Origin: Escherichia phage BEU42
Sequence record: OM632669.1
Direction: 5' to 3' (one strand)
Length of the DNA stretch: 64,000 nucleotides
A model generated the notes under the pieces. The model was not told the origin of the DNA, did no database searches, and was given only the letters and a program-made list of their open reading frames with translations. Both the position numbers and the translations under genes were made by a program. Shown here in pieces: positions 9,166 to 18,561 of this stretch. Positions within the stretch are counted from its first letter, which is position 1. Every line of letters begins with the position of its first letter.

Positions 9166-9626
9166 TGACAAGAATACCATTTTTAAAACCTAGAAAACGA
9201 ACACCAAAGCTGTATCAAAAGACCTCAGAAGACGGTTTAGCCTTGAACCAGAAAGCTATTAAGGCCGTTAGTACACTGGTTCAAGGTAAACAGGATGCTG
9301 TTGCTTTACGTCTTGTTGTTGAGCAAATCTTAGTTGCTCTGACACTGGCTCAAGTAGCTAAACAAGAAGGTAAACAAGAAACCTGTAAAACAGCATTAGG
9401 TGCTTTGTACTGGTTGTATAAAGACCTTGCTGACAACTTTGAAATGTCTATGGATAAGTGGCAGGGCATTTCTTGTGTACTTGCTCTTAGAGAAGGACAG
9501 GAATTACTGTCTACTCTACCAAAAGCAGAATTTAAACTAGCCTACACTGGAGCACATAAGATTGTTCTTGGTTCCAGTAAGGACATCTTTAACCACCTCA
9601 AGCTATTCAAGGCTTTCTATGATTAA
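9165..9626 (+). CDS. hypothetical protein
   Basis: ORF track start 9138; ATG at 9165 has GGAG 7 nt upstream; 153 aa. Confidence 0.4.
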   Translation: MTRIPFLKPRKRTPKLYQKTSEDGLALNQKAIKAVSTLVQGKQDAVALRLVVEQILVALTLAQVAKQEGKQETCKTALGALYWLYKDLADNFEMSMDKWQGISCVLALREGQELLSTLPKAEFKLAYTGAHKIVLGSSKDIFNHLKLFKAFYD

Positions 9627-10560
9627 TGCAAAAATCCTCGCTGATAGTATTACTCTTTCTGGTGACCGTCTGGTAACAATGGAGCTGGTTTATCCGCGTT
9701 TTATTCATTCAGAATTTATGACTCACCGAGCACTTAATCGTAATGCTTCCAGTAGTCGTGCTATTCCTACCCAACGCCTTATTGAGCAAGTTCGTAATGA
9801 ACCAGTAATGCCAGTACATTGGGGTAAGAACCAGAAAGGAATGCAGGCAAGTGAAGAACTCACTCCTATGGAGATTAAGGATGCTGAGTTCATTTGGGAA
9901 AATGCTGCCTCTGCTGCTGCTGTGTATGCTGAACAACTTCGTCGTGGACAAGTACATAAGCAGATTGTTAATCGTATTCTGGAACCATTCACGCATATCC
10001 GTGTAGTAGTGACAGCTACTCAATGGAATAACTTCTTTGGTTTACGTATCCATCCCGATGCTCAACCAGAGATTTGTGAATTGGCTACTAAGATGAAGGA
10101 ACAGTATGACCAATCAAAACCCCGTACCTTGTTGGCTGGGGAATGGCATTTGCCGTACATTACTAATAGTGATTACCTCGATGCTTACGATTATTGCAAA
10201 CATCAACGAATTACTCGTGATGAACCAAGTAGTGATGAAATTAATTGCCTGTTAGTAAAAATCTCTGCTGCTCGTTGTGCCCGTGCTTCTTATAACAACT
10301 TTAAAGGCACTCCTTCTACTATCGAAGAAGACCTGCGTTTGTTCTCTAAATTGGTTGAAAGTAAGCCTGTTCACGCAAGTCCTACTGAACATCAAGCAAC
10401 TCCTCAGCATGTAATGAGTAAAGGCTTAAATGAGCCTACTGACCCATCTACATGGGAAAATGGCATTAGCCACATGGACAGAAATTTACGTTTATACTCA
10501 GGTAATCTGTGTGGCTGGATTCAATTCCGTAAGCTGCTTGCAGATGAATGCATCCACTAA
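9619..10560 (+). CDS. thyX: flavin-dependent thymidylate synthase (ThyX-like)
   Basis: ORF track start 9562; ATG at 9619 overlaps previous stop (ATGATTAA); ThyX-like motif THRALNRNASSSR. Confidence 0.5.
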   Translation: MINAKILADSITLSGDRLVTMELVYPRFIHSEFMTHRALNRNASSSRAIPTQRLIEQVRNEPVMPVHWGKNQKGMQASEELTPMEIKDAEFIWENAASAAAVYAEQLRRGQVHKQIVNRILEPFTHIRVVVTATQWNNFFGLRIHPDAQPEICELATKMKEQYDQSKPRTLLAGEWHLPYITNSDYLDAYDYCKHQRITRDEPSSDEINCLLVKISAARCARASYNNFKGTPSTIEEDLRLFSKLVESKPVHASPTEHQATPQHVMSKGLNEPTDPSTWENGISHMDRNLRLYSGNLCGWIQFRKLLADECIH

Positions 10561-10605
10561 GTAGGTCTTTTGTGGGTGTAGACCACTCATAATAAACTCC
10601 GCTAT

Positions 10606-10633
10606 TTGCCTCCTACATGGAGGCAATTTTTTT
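10606..10633 (+). terminator. rho-independent terminator
   Basis: 8-bp stem ttgcctcc/ggaggcaa then TTTTTTT. Confidence 0.65.
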
Positions 10634-10657
10634 GATTCCATGTACATAGGAGGCCAT

Positions 10658-10891
10658 ATGGCTAAACCACGTAAATTTCGTATTAAGGGTAAGCCTGTAA
10701 TGGGTAGTGCTGCTGGTCAGTCACATGAGAAAGGAGACATTGTTTATGAATGCCTTCAGTATGATTACGGCGTTGCTCATGATGACACTCGTGCTACTGG
10801 TGTCCCACATACCTCAGTAACTCTTGAGGAAGATGGTAGCTACCCATTCTTCACTGTTCCTACTCATAACCTGGAAGAAATTCATGATTGA
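10658..10891 (+). CDS. hypothetical protein
   Basis: ATG at 10658 with AGGAGG 5 nt upstream (ORF track start 10640 lacks RBS); 77 aa. Confidence 0.4.
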   Translation: MAKPRKFRIKGKPVMGSAAGQSHEKGDIVYECLQYDYGVAHDDTRATGVPHTSVTLEEDGSYPFFTVPTHNLEEIHD

Positions 10892-11210
10892 CCCAAATAT
10901 CATCCATGCCAAAACAGGCGAATCCCATAAGCTGTCTGAATATTCCAAAGTAGAAGATATTGCAGTTTGTCCTGCAAATATTGCTTCTCTTTGTATCTGT
11001 ATTGCAGAGCTATCTAAAGAACGCCAACTATGGCTATCTCCTAATAAAACAATGGTTCAGGCAGGTCTGGCAGAAGTACAACGTATGCTGGATGAATGGT
11101 CTGAAGACCAGATGTTCATTGATGGCAATGCAGAAGCAATAACCGATGACATGGCCTCTGATATGGCTGTGTTTGTATTACAAGCAATGGCTGAAAAGCG
11201 TAGTAGTTAA
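10884..11210 (+). CDS. hypothetical protein
   Basis: ATG at 10884 overlapping upstream stop (ATGATTGA); 108 aa. Confidence 0.4.
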   Translation: MIDPNIIHAKTGESHKLSEYSKVEDIAVCPANIASLCICIAELSKERQLWLSPNKTMVQAGLAEVQRMLDEWSEDQMFIDGNAEAITDDMASDMAVFVLQAMAEKRSS

Positions 11211-11234
11211 TTAATAATTTACTGGAGAAAATTC

Positions 11235-13325
11235 GTGAAACGAAATTATCTCGCCATTATTGCCCTGTCAGTAGACAGTCGTAACCTCACCTTATGGCAA
11301 CCAGATGGTTCTACTATGGTCATCCCCCAAGGGGATGCCCGTGTACCACGTATTGTTGCTGAAGCAAAAGAAAAGAATCTTACCCCAGGTAAGATTATCG
11401 AAGTGGATGTCACTATCGAAGCTCAGATTCGTCAGGAGTTTCTGGACGCTGAACGTGATACAGGTGGCTTTGTTAAATTCTTCCGTATTACTAAGAAGAG
11501 GCTACAAGAGTTCTTCTTAGGGGAAGAGGAAGAACAAGTCCCTTATGTATCACCTGTAGAGTTAGGTGCTAAACCCACTGCTTTCAATGCTTTTATTGCT
11601 AATGCTGTAGGCAAAACTCTTGCTGTACAACATGCATCATTAAAAGCACCTGAACCAGAAATGACAGTTACTCATGAGCGTTTTTACGGTAACTATGCTG
11701 TATGGATTACAGATGTAGACCCACGGAATCATCGTATTGAGGTTATTCATGTTATCCGTGAAATCTCAGGAAGAACCAGTGAATATGTCAATAACCTGCT
11801 GGCTCAACCAACCCCATTCAAAGTATTTGATTGGCTCACAGAGACGCAGGCTAAAGAGTTTGTAAGACGTCTGAATAACACTCAGGGTGTTATCTCTGTC
11901 TATAACAAACTGGAAGACGGTATTCCTGCTAAGGTTGCTGTAAAGGCCACAAAGCCAACCAATAAGGAAAAGCTGGAAGCTGCATCAACTAAGCTGAAAG
12001 CTATGGGTGCTGTCGCTACTGATGCTTATGAGTTTCATACTGACTTGAATGAGAATGAAGAGACTATTGTAGCTGTAGTGAATGATAAGGTGGTTCCTGA
12101 TGTTCAGAACCTACACCGCCACATCCGTCAATCTGCAAACCTGAAAGACTATAAAGGCTTTACTAAGTTCCTTGAACGTCTGTCTACTGTAATTGATAAA
12201 CGTCGTCACTCTGTTGAAGACCTGATGAAGTTTATGGAAAAAGGTGACCTGCCAATTGCAGATGATGGCTCCATTGTTATCTTCAAACGTCTGGAAAGCA
12301 AAGACAATCCTGAACATCTCAAAGACGTAATGGATGATGTATTTGTTGATTGCCATTCTAGGAAGATTGAGCAATGCGTTGGTATGCGTGTAATGGTTAA
12401 AGAAAACCTTGTAGACCAGAACCGTCGTAAAGACTGTTCTCATGGTTTGCACGTAGCTTCTCTGCAATACATTCGTAATTTCTCAGGCAACGTAACCATT
12501 ATTGGTAAAGTTGCTCCAGAGGATGTATTTGCAGTACCAGAATACGATGTTACTAAGATGCGTGTATCTGCTTATCACATCATTACCAAGCTACCTGATG
12601 CTATTCGTGACCATGTTAATAATGGCAATCCAATCTCCACCATTGAGGGTGGTACGGAAATCCTGAACATGGTTCTCAGTGGTAATCACCCTGAACCTTC
12701 CCGTCAGGTACTGGTTGGTGGTCATTATGGAACCAATCTGACTTATTCAGAACTCACCCGTAATTATCTGGATGATGAGGAAGACATCGTTATTCCAGAT
12801 GAACCAGTAATTAAGAAAACTGCCTTGAATATGGAAGAGAGCTTTACGGCAACTAATCCTAAAGCTGAACCAGTGAAGGCAACGGATGTTAAACCTATTA
12901 AGAAGACTAAGATGGAAATTCTTAAAGACCTTTGGAACCAGTTCCTGAAAGCAGAGACTTCTAATGAAGCTATTACACTGGCTGATGAAATCATTGCTGC
13001 TAAGGGCAAATGTAAGAAGTCATGGGCTTCTTTAGGCTTCAGTGGTGACATGGTTCAGAAACTGATTGATGCTCGTGCTAATAAACCTAAGCCAGAAAAA
13101 GTAGTCAAACAGGATAAAACTGTTGCACCTAAGAAAACTACAATCACTCGTAGTCGGAATGCTGATGTTATTCGTAGCTATCTGAATGACAAAGGTATGT
13201 CTGATTACTGTAAAGCTCATGCCATTCACGATGTGAAACGTGCTGCTAAGAAATCTTATGCTGCACTGGGTCTGACTCCTGAAGAATGCAGCCAAATTGA
13301 TAAACTGAAGCATCATTTGAAGTAA
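11235..13325 (+). CDS. conserved hypothetical protein (696 aa), GTG start
   Basis: long ORF beginning GTG with GGAG 8 nt upstream; no motif recognised. Confidence 0.5.
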   Translation: MKRNYLAIIALSVDSRNLTLWQPDGSTMVIPQGDARVPRIVAEAKEKNLTPGKIIEVDVTIEAQIRQEFLDAERDTGGFVKFFRITKKRLQEFFLGEEEEQVPYVSPVELGAKPTAFNAFIANAVGKTLAVQHASLKAPEPEMTVTHERFYGNYAVWITDVDPRNHRIEVIHVIREISGRTSEYVNNLLAQPTPFKVFDWLTETQAKEFVRRLNNTQGVISVYNKLEDGIPAKVAVKATKPTNKEKLEAASTKLKAMGAVATDAYEFHTDLNENEETIVAVVNDKVVPDVQNLHRHIRQSANLKDYKGFTKFLERLSTVIDKRRHSVEDLMKFMEKGDLPIADDGSIVIFKRLESKDNPEHLKDVMDDVFVDCHSRKIEQCVGMRVMVKENLVDQNRRKDCSHGLHVASLQYIRNFSGNVTIIGKVAPEDVFAVPEYDVTKMRVSAYHIITKLPDAIRDHVNNGNPISTIEGGTEILNMVLSGNHPEPSRQVLVGGHYGTNLTYSELTRNYLDDEEDIVIPDEPVIKKTALNMEESFTATNPKAEPVKATDVKPIKKTKMEILKDLWNQFLKAETSNEAITLADEIIAAKGKCKKSWASLGFSGDMVQKLIDARANKPKPEKVVKQDKTVAPKKTTITRSRNADVIRSYLNDKGMSDYCKAHAIHDVKRAAKKSYAALGLTPEECSQIDKLKHHLK

Positions 13326-13392
13326 GTAGGTTAACTATTCAAGTAGCTCCGGTTGAAATATACTGGAGCTATCTTTGAAGAGGATACATACT

Positions 13393-13788
13393 ATGGCCAA
13401 AGTTTATCGTGCTAACCGTAAAGCCCATGATGACGATATTATTCGTATGAATGCAGTCGGTTTATCATTGGGAACCATTGCTAAAACACTGGGTGTTCAC
13501 CCCACTACAGTTACCTTACGATTACGCTCTCTTGGTATTGAACCAGCCGACACACGTCGAACATTTATGGAGAACGTACTAGCACCATTACCTACTCACG
13601 TAGCTGATTGGTTATCAGAACAAGTAGGACCAAAGTATGAGATTCGACAATACGTCCGAGACTTATTACTAGAAGCCTACAATAATCGTCATAATCATAA
13701 GGAAACTGCTCATGAACGATTCCTCAAAAGATACGTTGGTACAAACTCAGAACTGGTTTCTGAAGGCAGTACCCAGTCCAACGAGTAA
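13393..13788 (+). CDS. helix-turn-helix DNA-binding protein
   Basis: ATG at 13393 with AAGAGGA upstream (track start 13375 is TTG); HTH-like LSLGTIAKTLGVHPTTVTLRL. Confidence 0.4.
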   Translation: MAKVYRANRKAHDDDIIRMNAVGLSLGTIAKTLGVHPTTVTLRLRSLGIEPADTRRTFMENVLAPLPTHVADWLSEQVGPKYEIRQYVRDLLLEAYNNRHNHKETAHERFLKRYVGTNSELVSEGSTQSNE

Positions 13789-14173
13789 AAACATTAGTAC
13801 TCAGATTGGTTGTCATCTGGAAGAAGTAGTTGAGATGCTGGAAGAATTGGCTCCAAATTCTGAAGAAGCATACGATACACTTCATAATGCCATTGTAGCT
13901 TTAACTGAATTGTCAGAATTAATGAAATCCTCTGATAAAGAAGTTTATGCACCTAACAGCAATCGCTTAGCTATTCTGGATGCACTGGCAGACCAGATTG
14001 TTACAGCAACTGGCATCGGTACTTTCTTGGGTATGAACGTACCTGGAGCACTCACTGAAGTGAACCGTTCTAATTATTCAAAATTTGAAGATGGTGAGCC
14101 TGTTTTCAATGAGAATAAGAAAGTAATGAAAGGTAAGGATTACACTCCGCCTGATTTAACCCCATTCATTTAA
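13712..14173 (+). CDS. MazG-like nucleotide pyrophosphohydrolase (tentative)
   Basis: 153 aa; EE-rich helix HLEEVVEMLEEL resembling MazG EExxE motif; overlaps upstream gene by 77 nt. Confidence 0.35.
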   Translation: MNDSSKDTLVQTQNWFLKAVPSPTSKNISTQIGCHLEEVVEMLEELAPNSEEAYDTLHNAIVALTELSELMKSSDKEVYAPNSNRLAILDALADQIVTATGIGTFLGMNVPGALTEVNRSNYSKFEDGEPVFNENKKVMKGKDYTPPDLTPFI

Positions 14174-14177
14174 AAGA

Positions 14178-14201
14178 GCCGCCCATATAGGGCGGTTTTT
14201 G
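14178..14201 (+). terminator. rho-independent terminator
   Basis: stem gccgccc/gggcgg(t), loop atata, then TTTTT. Confidence 0.6.
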
Positions 14202-14215
14202 TATCTGGAGAACTC

Positions 14216-15535
14216 ATGTATAAAAGTACTACTAAGCTGCCACTAAATCCTGGTCAAGAGGCAGCGGCAGAAGGTTTCTTCGACTTTCTGCTCGACCCCA
14301 ATGCTTCTGAACTTCGTATTAGTGGACCTGGTGGTACAGGCAAGACATTTACAATGGCTCATATGATTGACGAGATTATGCCTCGTTATCATGAGACATG
14401 TAGTCTGATGGGAATCCCTGCTCTCTATAACGAAGTTATTATGACTGCTACTACTAATAAGGCAGCAGAAGTATTAGCCCGTGCAACAGGACGTCCTACG
14501 TCTACCTATCATTCCTTTCAAGGTCTGACAGTACGGAATAACCTGAAGACTGGGGAAGCAGACCTGATTCCATCTAAGTCCTTCAGTATCAAAAAGAATA
14601 AGGTCATTTTTATTGATGAAGCATCAATGATTGACCGTAAACTGAAGAAGTTCATTAACGAAGGTACTCACCAAAGTAAGATTGTTTACTTAGGTGATAA
14701 ATGCCAATTGTTACCTGTAAAGGAAACTTCTTCTCCTGTCTACAATGACAGTAGCATTAAAGAGTTTATGCTGACCCAGCAGATGCGTACTGATGTCCCT
14801 GAACTCCATGCACTGCATGAACAGCTTCGTGGAACCATTGAAGGTAAGCATGGATTCCTGCCTATTAAAGCAGTTCCAGGTATTATCGACTGGATTGAAG
14901 ATGGTGATGAAATGAGAAAAGAAGTCGAAGGTCATTTCATGACTAAGACTGACACTCGTATTGTTGCCTATACCAACCAACAGGTTGTTAACTATAACAC
15001 CTTCATTCGAGCTATGAATGGATTCCACGGGGAGTTCTGTATTGGTGAAGAGTTAGTAAGTAACTCTGCTATTCAGATTGGTGCTGGTGATCGCCTTAGT
15101 ATTGAACAGGAATGCCAGATTGTTGACCAGGATTCTGCTACTCGTAAGATTCTGATTGATTCCTCTGGCATCGAATTAGAAGTACGTGATTGCACCCTGG
15201 ATACTGGTTATGGTGGTGTCTTTGAAGGTATCCCTATTCCGGTAGATATGGATTATTTCATTCGTTTGCAAAAGTACTATGCACACCAAAAGAACTGGGA
15301 ACGTCACTTCTATTTGAAAGAAACATTCCCTGAACTTCGAGCATTACATGCTTCTACTGTGCATAAGTCTCAAGGTTCTACCTACGACACCATCTTTATT
15401 GATGCTACTGATTTATCTACTTGCCGTCAGCCTGATGTAGTAGCACGTCTGCTTTATGTAGCAGTATCTCGTGCTCGTCATCGTGTTGTGTTCTATGGCT
15501 CTTTGGCAGAGAAATTTGGTGGTCTGGTTCGCTAA
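14216..15535 (+). CDS. SF1 DNA helicase, Dda/RecD-like
   Basis: Walker A GPGGTGKTF, Walker B VIFIDEASM, C-terminal TVHKSQGST and YVAVSRARHR motifs. Confidence 0.8.
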   Translation: MYKSTTKLPLNPGQEAAAEGFFDFLLDPNASELRISGPGGTGKTFTMAHMIDEIMPRYHETCSLMGIPALYNEVIMTATTNKAAEVLARATGRPTSTYHSFQGLTVRNNLKTGEADLIPSKSFSIKKNKVIFIDEASMIDRKLKKFINEGTHQSKIVYLGDKCQLLPVKETSSPVYNDSSIKEFMLTQQMRTDVPELHALHEQLRGTIEGKHGFLPIKAVPGIIDWIEDGDEMRKEVEGHFMTKTDTRIVAYTNQQVVNYNTFIRAMNGFHGEFCIGEELVSNSAIQIGAGDRLSIEQECQIVDQDSATRKILIDSSGIELEVRDCTLDTGYGGVFEGIPIPVDMDYFIRLQKYYAHQKNWERHFYLKETFPELRALHASTVHKSQGSTYDTIFIDATDLSTCRQPDVVARLLYVAVSRARHRVVFYGSLAEKFGGLVR

Positions 15536-15544
15536 GGAGAACTT

Positions 15545-16072
15545 ATGCAACTGGGTGAAAAACAAATCCGTGAAATGACTAATAGTAGTGAACTAGTTCA
15601 GGAATTATTCTTAGCCGAGTTACGTCGGCTAGATAAAGTGCTGGATAGTATCATTACACGTAATGGGGAAACATTCGCTGTATACAACTCAACAGGGTTT
15701 CTGTATTTAGGGGAGTTCTATTCGAGTTCCCGTTCATCACAACAACCCCCTTCTGGTCATCGTCTGGCTCTGGCTAATCACCTACTGGATGATATGCGGG
15801 AGTATCTGGAACAAGCAGGTAAACTTCTGCTAGAAGTCCATATGGTGAATCAGATGGTCTTTCGTCTGGTTCAGGGCTGTAAGACTTATCAAGACGTTCG
15901 TGATGCATTGCCAGAATGCCTCATTGCTATGGATAAACAGGGTCATCTGAAATCCTTACAGAGAACCAGAAAGGCAGCATTTACTCTGGATAATGATGCT
16001 ATGGCTCTCCGTCAGTATGAGAAAATCTTGCCGATTATCGAATACTATGCGGGAACCCATCTTATCTTTTGA
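15545..16072 (+). CDS. hypothetical protein
   Basis: 175-aa ORF with ATG and GGAG upstream. Confidence 0.45.
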   Translation: MQLGEKQIREMTNSSELVQELFLAELRRLDKVLDSIITRNGETFAVYNSTGFLYLGEFYSSSRSSQQPPSGHRLALANHLLDDMREYLEQAGKLLLEVHMVNQMVFRLVQGCKTYQDVRDALPECLIAMDKQGHLKSLQRTRKAAFTLDNDAMALRQYEKILPIIEYYAGTHLIF

Positions 16073-16079
16073 GGTCTGT

Positions 16080-18044
16080 ATGCGTCACATTACATTCAAC
16101 AATGAGGGTATCTACCCTATTGCTATCCTTACTACAACGTTACGTAAGGATGATATTGTCAAAGCATACATGGAACCCTGGGATGTAGATAAAGATTCAG
16201 TAATGATTCTTGAACTTCATACAGCCCCAGGGAAAAAGAAAACTCCTGCTAAAGAGATGCAGGAGTTTATTACCCAAGAATTAGTGCCAGCATTCGAAGC
16301 AGCACAAACTCAGTATATCATCTGTGGTGATTCTGAATATTACAAACAGCTAACCAAACAAGGTAAAGCTGATGCCAATATTGGCTATGTAATGGATTGT
16401 GCTTATGGGAACCAGAAAGTTATTTACGTTCCCAATTACAGACAAATCTTTTATGACCCGGATAAGGTAAAGACTAAGATTGCTTTATCCATGCAGGCTC
16501 TGATTGATTATGTCTCTGGTTCTTATGTTGAGCCAGGAACTAAGATTATCCACTATGCTGATTATCCATTAACTCCAGAAGCTATATCTAAGTGGTTAGA
16601 TAAGTTACTGGAGATGAATGTTCCATTAGCAGTAGATATAGAAACCTTCAGTCTGAAGCATTATGACTGTGGTATAGGCACTATTACATTCTGCTGGAAC
16701 AAGCATGAAGGGATAGCATTCCCTGTGGATTATGAACCAATTGAGGGGGCTACTGAAGCTCCTTATGGTAGACAAGTTCACAACATGCTTGTTCGTTCTA
16801 TGCTCAGAGACTTTTTTATTAAGTATCTGAACAGGCAGATGTATCACAATATTGCCTTTGACGTATATGCACTCATTTACCAGTTATTTATGACAGACCT
16901 TCTGGATACGGAAGGGTTGTTGCATGGCATGAGTATCATGCTAAGAAACTGGGATTGCACTAAGTTAATTACCTATCTGGCTACTAACTCTTGTGCGGGT
17001 AATAAGCTAAGTCTTAAAGACCAGGCTCAGGAATATGCTGGTAACTATGCTCAAGAAGAAATCAATGACATTACCAGAATCCCATTAGCAGAGTTGTTGG
17101 AATACAACTTAGTGGATGGATTATGTACCTGGTATGTCTATGAAAAGCATTGGGATACTCTGGTTAATGACCAACAGTTAGATGTTTATACAAACATCTT
17201 CAAACCTGCATGTGAAGATATTATTCAAATGCAGTTAACTGGTATGCCTATCAATATGAAGACAGTATTGGAGGTAGAAGAGGCATTAACCCAAGACTAT
17301 AACAATGCGTTAAAAACAATTGCTGACAGTAAAGTAATCAAAGATTTCACCCGTCTTCTTAATGAAGAATGGGTAGAAAAACAGAACCAGATTCTGAAGA
17401 AGAAACGAGTGACTTTAGCTGATGCTAAAGAACAGTTTAACCCAAACTCAGGTATTCAATTACAGAAGCTACTTTTTGAGTTTCTGGAGTTACCTGTACT
17501 TGGTTTGACTGCAAGTAAACTACCTGCTACTGGCAGTGGCATACTCAAGTCTTTGAAGAACCATACCCAAGATACCAGTATTCTGGAAATTCTTGATGCT
17601 CTGATTGATTACAAAGCTGTAGATAAAATTCTGACAGCATTTATTCCAGCATTAAAAAATGCCAGACAAGGACCAGATGGTTGGCATTATCTCTTTGGTA
17701 ATCTGAACTTAGGTGGGACTGTATCAGGCCGCCTATCCAGTAGTGAACCAAACCTACAGAACCTACCTTCTGGTTCCAGATATGCCAAGATGATTAAAAA
17801 ATGCTTTGAGGCTCCTCCTGGATGGATATTCTGTGGGCTAGACTTTGCTTCTCTCGAAGACCGTATATCTGCTTTAACAACCAAAGACCCTAACAAGCTG
17901 AAGGTGTACATGGGTGTGACTGTTTATACAGTTACTATAGAAGGAGTTGACCATCATATCCGAGATGATGATACAATCGTTTATGATGGTAAAACTTATA
18001 CCGGTGAGGAGTTCTATGACGCTTTTACCCGTGGCCTTCTATGA
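16080..18044 (+). CDS. family-A DNA polymerase, N-terminal fragment (3'-5' exonuclease plus palm up to motif A)
   Basis: ORF track start 15993; ATG at 16080 follows upstream stop; exo motif LAVDIETFSL; PolA motif A GLDFASLEDRI; ORF stops about 60 codons after motif A. Confidence 0.75.
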   Translation: MRHITFNNEGIYPIAILTTTLRKDDIVKAYMEPWDVDKDSVMILELHTAPGKKKTPAKEMQEFITQELVPAFEAAQTQYIICGDSEYYKQLTKQGKADANIGYVMDCAYGNQKVIYVPNYRQIFYDPDKVKTKIALSMQALIDYVSGSYVEPGTKIIHYADYPLTPEAISKWLDKLLEMNVPLAVDIETFSLKHYDCGIGTITFCWNKHEGIAFPVDYEPIEGATEAPYGRQVHNMLVRSMLRDFFIKYLNRQMYHNIAFDVYALIYQLFMTDLLDTEGLLHGMSIMLRNWDCTKLITYLATNSCAGNKLSLKDQAQEYAGNYAQEEINDITRIPLAELLEYNLVDGLCTWYVYEKHWDTLVNDQQLDVYTNIFKPACEDIIQMQLTGMPINMKTVLEVEEALTQDYNNALKTIADSKVIKDFTRLLNEEWVEKQNQILKKKRVTLADAKEQFNPNSGIQLQKLLFEFLELPVLGLTASKLPATGSGILKSLKNHTQDTSILEILDALIDYKAVDKILTAFIPALKNARQGPDGWHYLFGNLNLGGTVSGRLSSSEPNLQNLPSGSRYAKMIKKCFEAPPGWIFCGLDFASLEDRISALTTKDPNKLKVYMGVTVYTVTIEGVDHHIRDDDTIVYDGKTYTGEEFYDAFTRGLL

Positions 18045-18561
18045 ACAACGGTATAAGATTTCCGATGAAGGTTTCATCTTAAATCTTGCAAACAATCAAC
18101 CCCTAAAACCGACTCTCAATCCTAATGGATACCTTAAGGTTGGATTAGCTAATGGCGATGGTACACATCACCAAGAGCTACTTCATATTCTGGTAGCTAA
18201 ACACTTCATCCCTAATCCTTATGGCTATGAACAGGTAAACCATAAAGACGGTAATAAACTGCATTGTCATAAGGATAATCTGGAATGGTGCTCTGCTACT
18301 CAGAATGTTGAACATGCACTTAAAACAAAGCTACGTCCTGGTTACATGTCTGCTGACGATAAAGAGAAGTATCTCTTTGAGGTGCTGGCAGGTAAGCAAG
18401 TTAAAGACATTGCTTTTGAAATAGGTAGGCGTCCTGAAACTTTGCATAAGATGCTCAGAACTACTGCTGACCGACTTGGTGTTCGAAATGAGTGGGATGA
18501 TGTTATGAGGAGAAATAGAAAAGATGTTGCTTTACGACAGCTTGCCAAAATCAACTCATGA
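18016..18561 (+). CDS. HNH homing endonuclease inserted in the DNA polymerase gene
   Basis: ORF track 17947..18561; likely ATG at 18016; YKISDEGFILN start typical of homing endonucleases; HNH core VNHKDGNKLHCHKDNLEWCSATQNVEHA. Confidence 0.75.
   Translation: MTLLPVAFYEQRYKISDEGFILNLANNQPLKPTLNPNGYLKVGLANGDGTHHQELLHILVAKHFIPNPYGYEQVNHKDGNKLHCHKDNLEWCSATQNVEHALKTKLRPGYMSADDKEKYLFEVLAGKQVKDIAFEIGRRPETLHKMLRTTADRLGVRNEWDDVMRRNRKDVALRQLAKINS

Noticed and set aside
13712-13788. Programmed ribosomal frameshift fusing the HTH protein to the MazG-like protein
   Set aside because: No slippery heptamer or downstream pseudoknot evident in the overlap; simple gene overlap or start-site ambiguity is more parsimonious.
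18045-18523. Group I intron interrupting the DNA polymerase gene
   Set aside because: The intervening sequence is almost fully occupied by the HNH ORF, leaving little non-coding sequence for a ribozyme core; not excluded but less likely than a split gene. Kept as an alternative under the split-polymerase finding.
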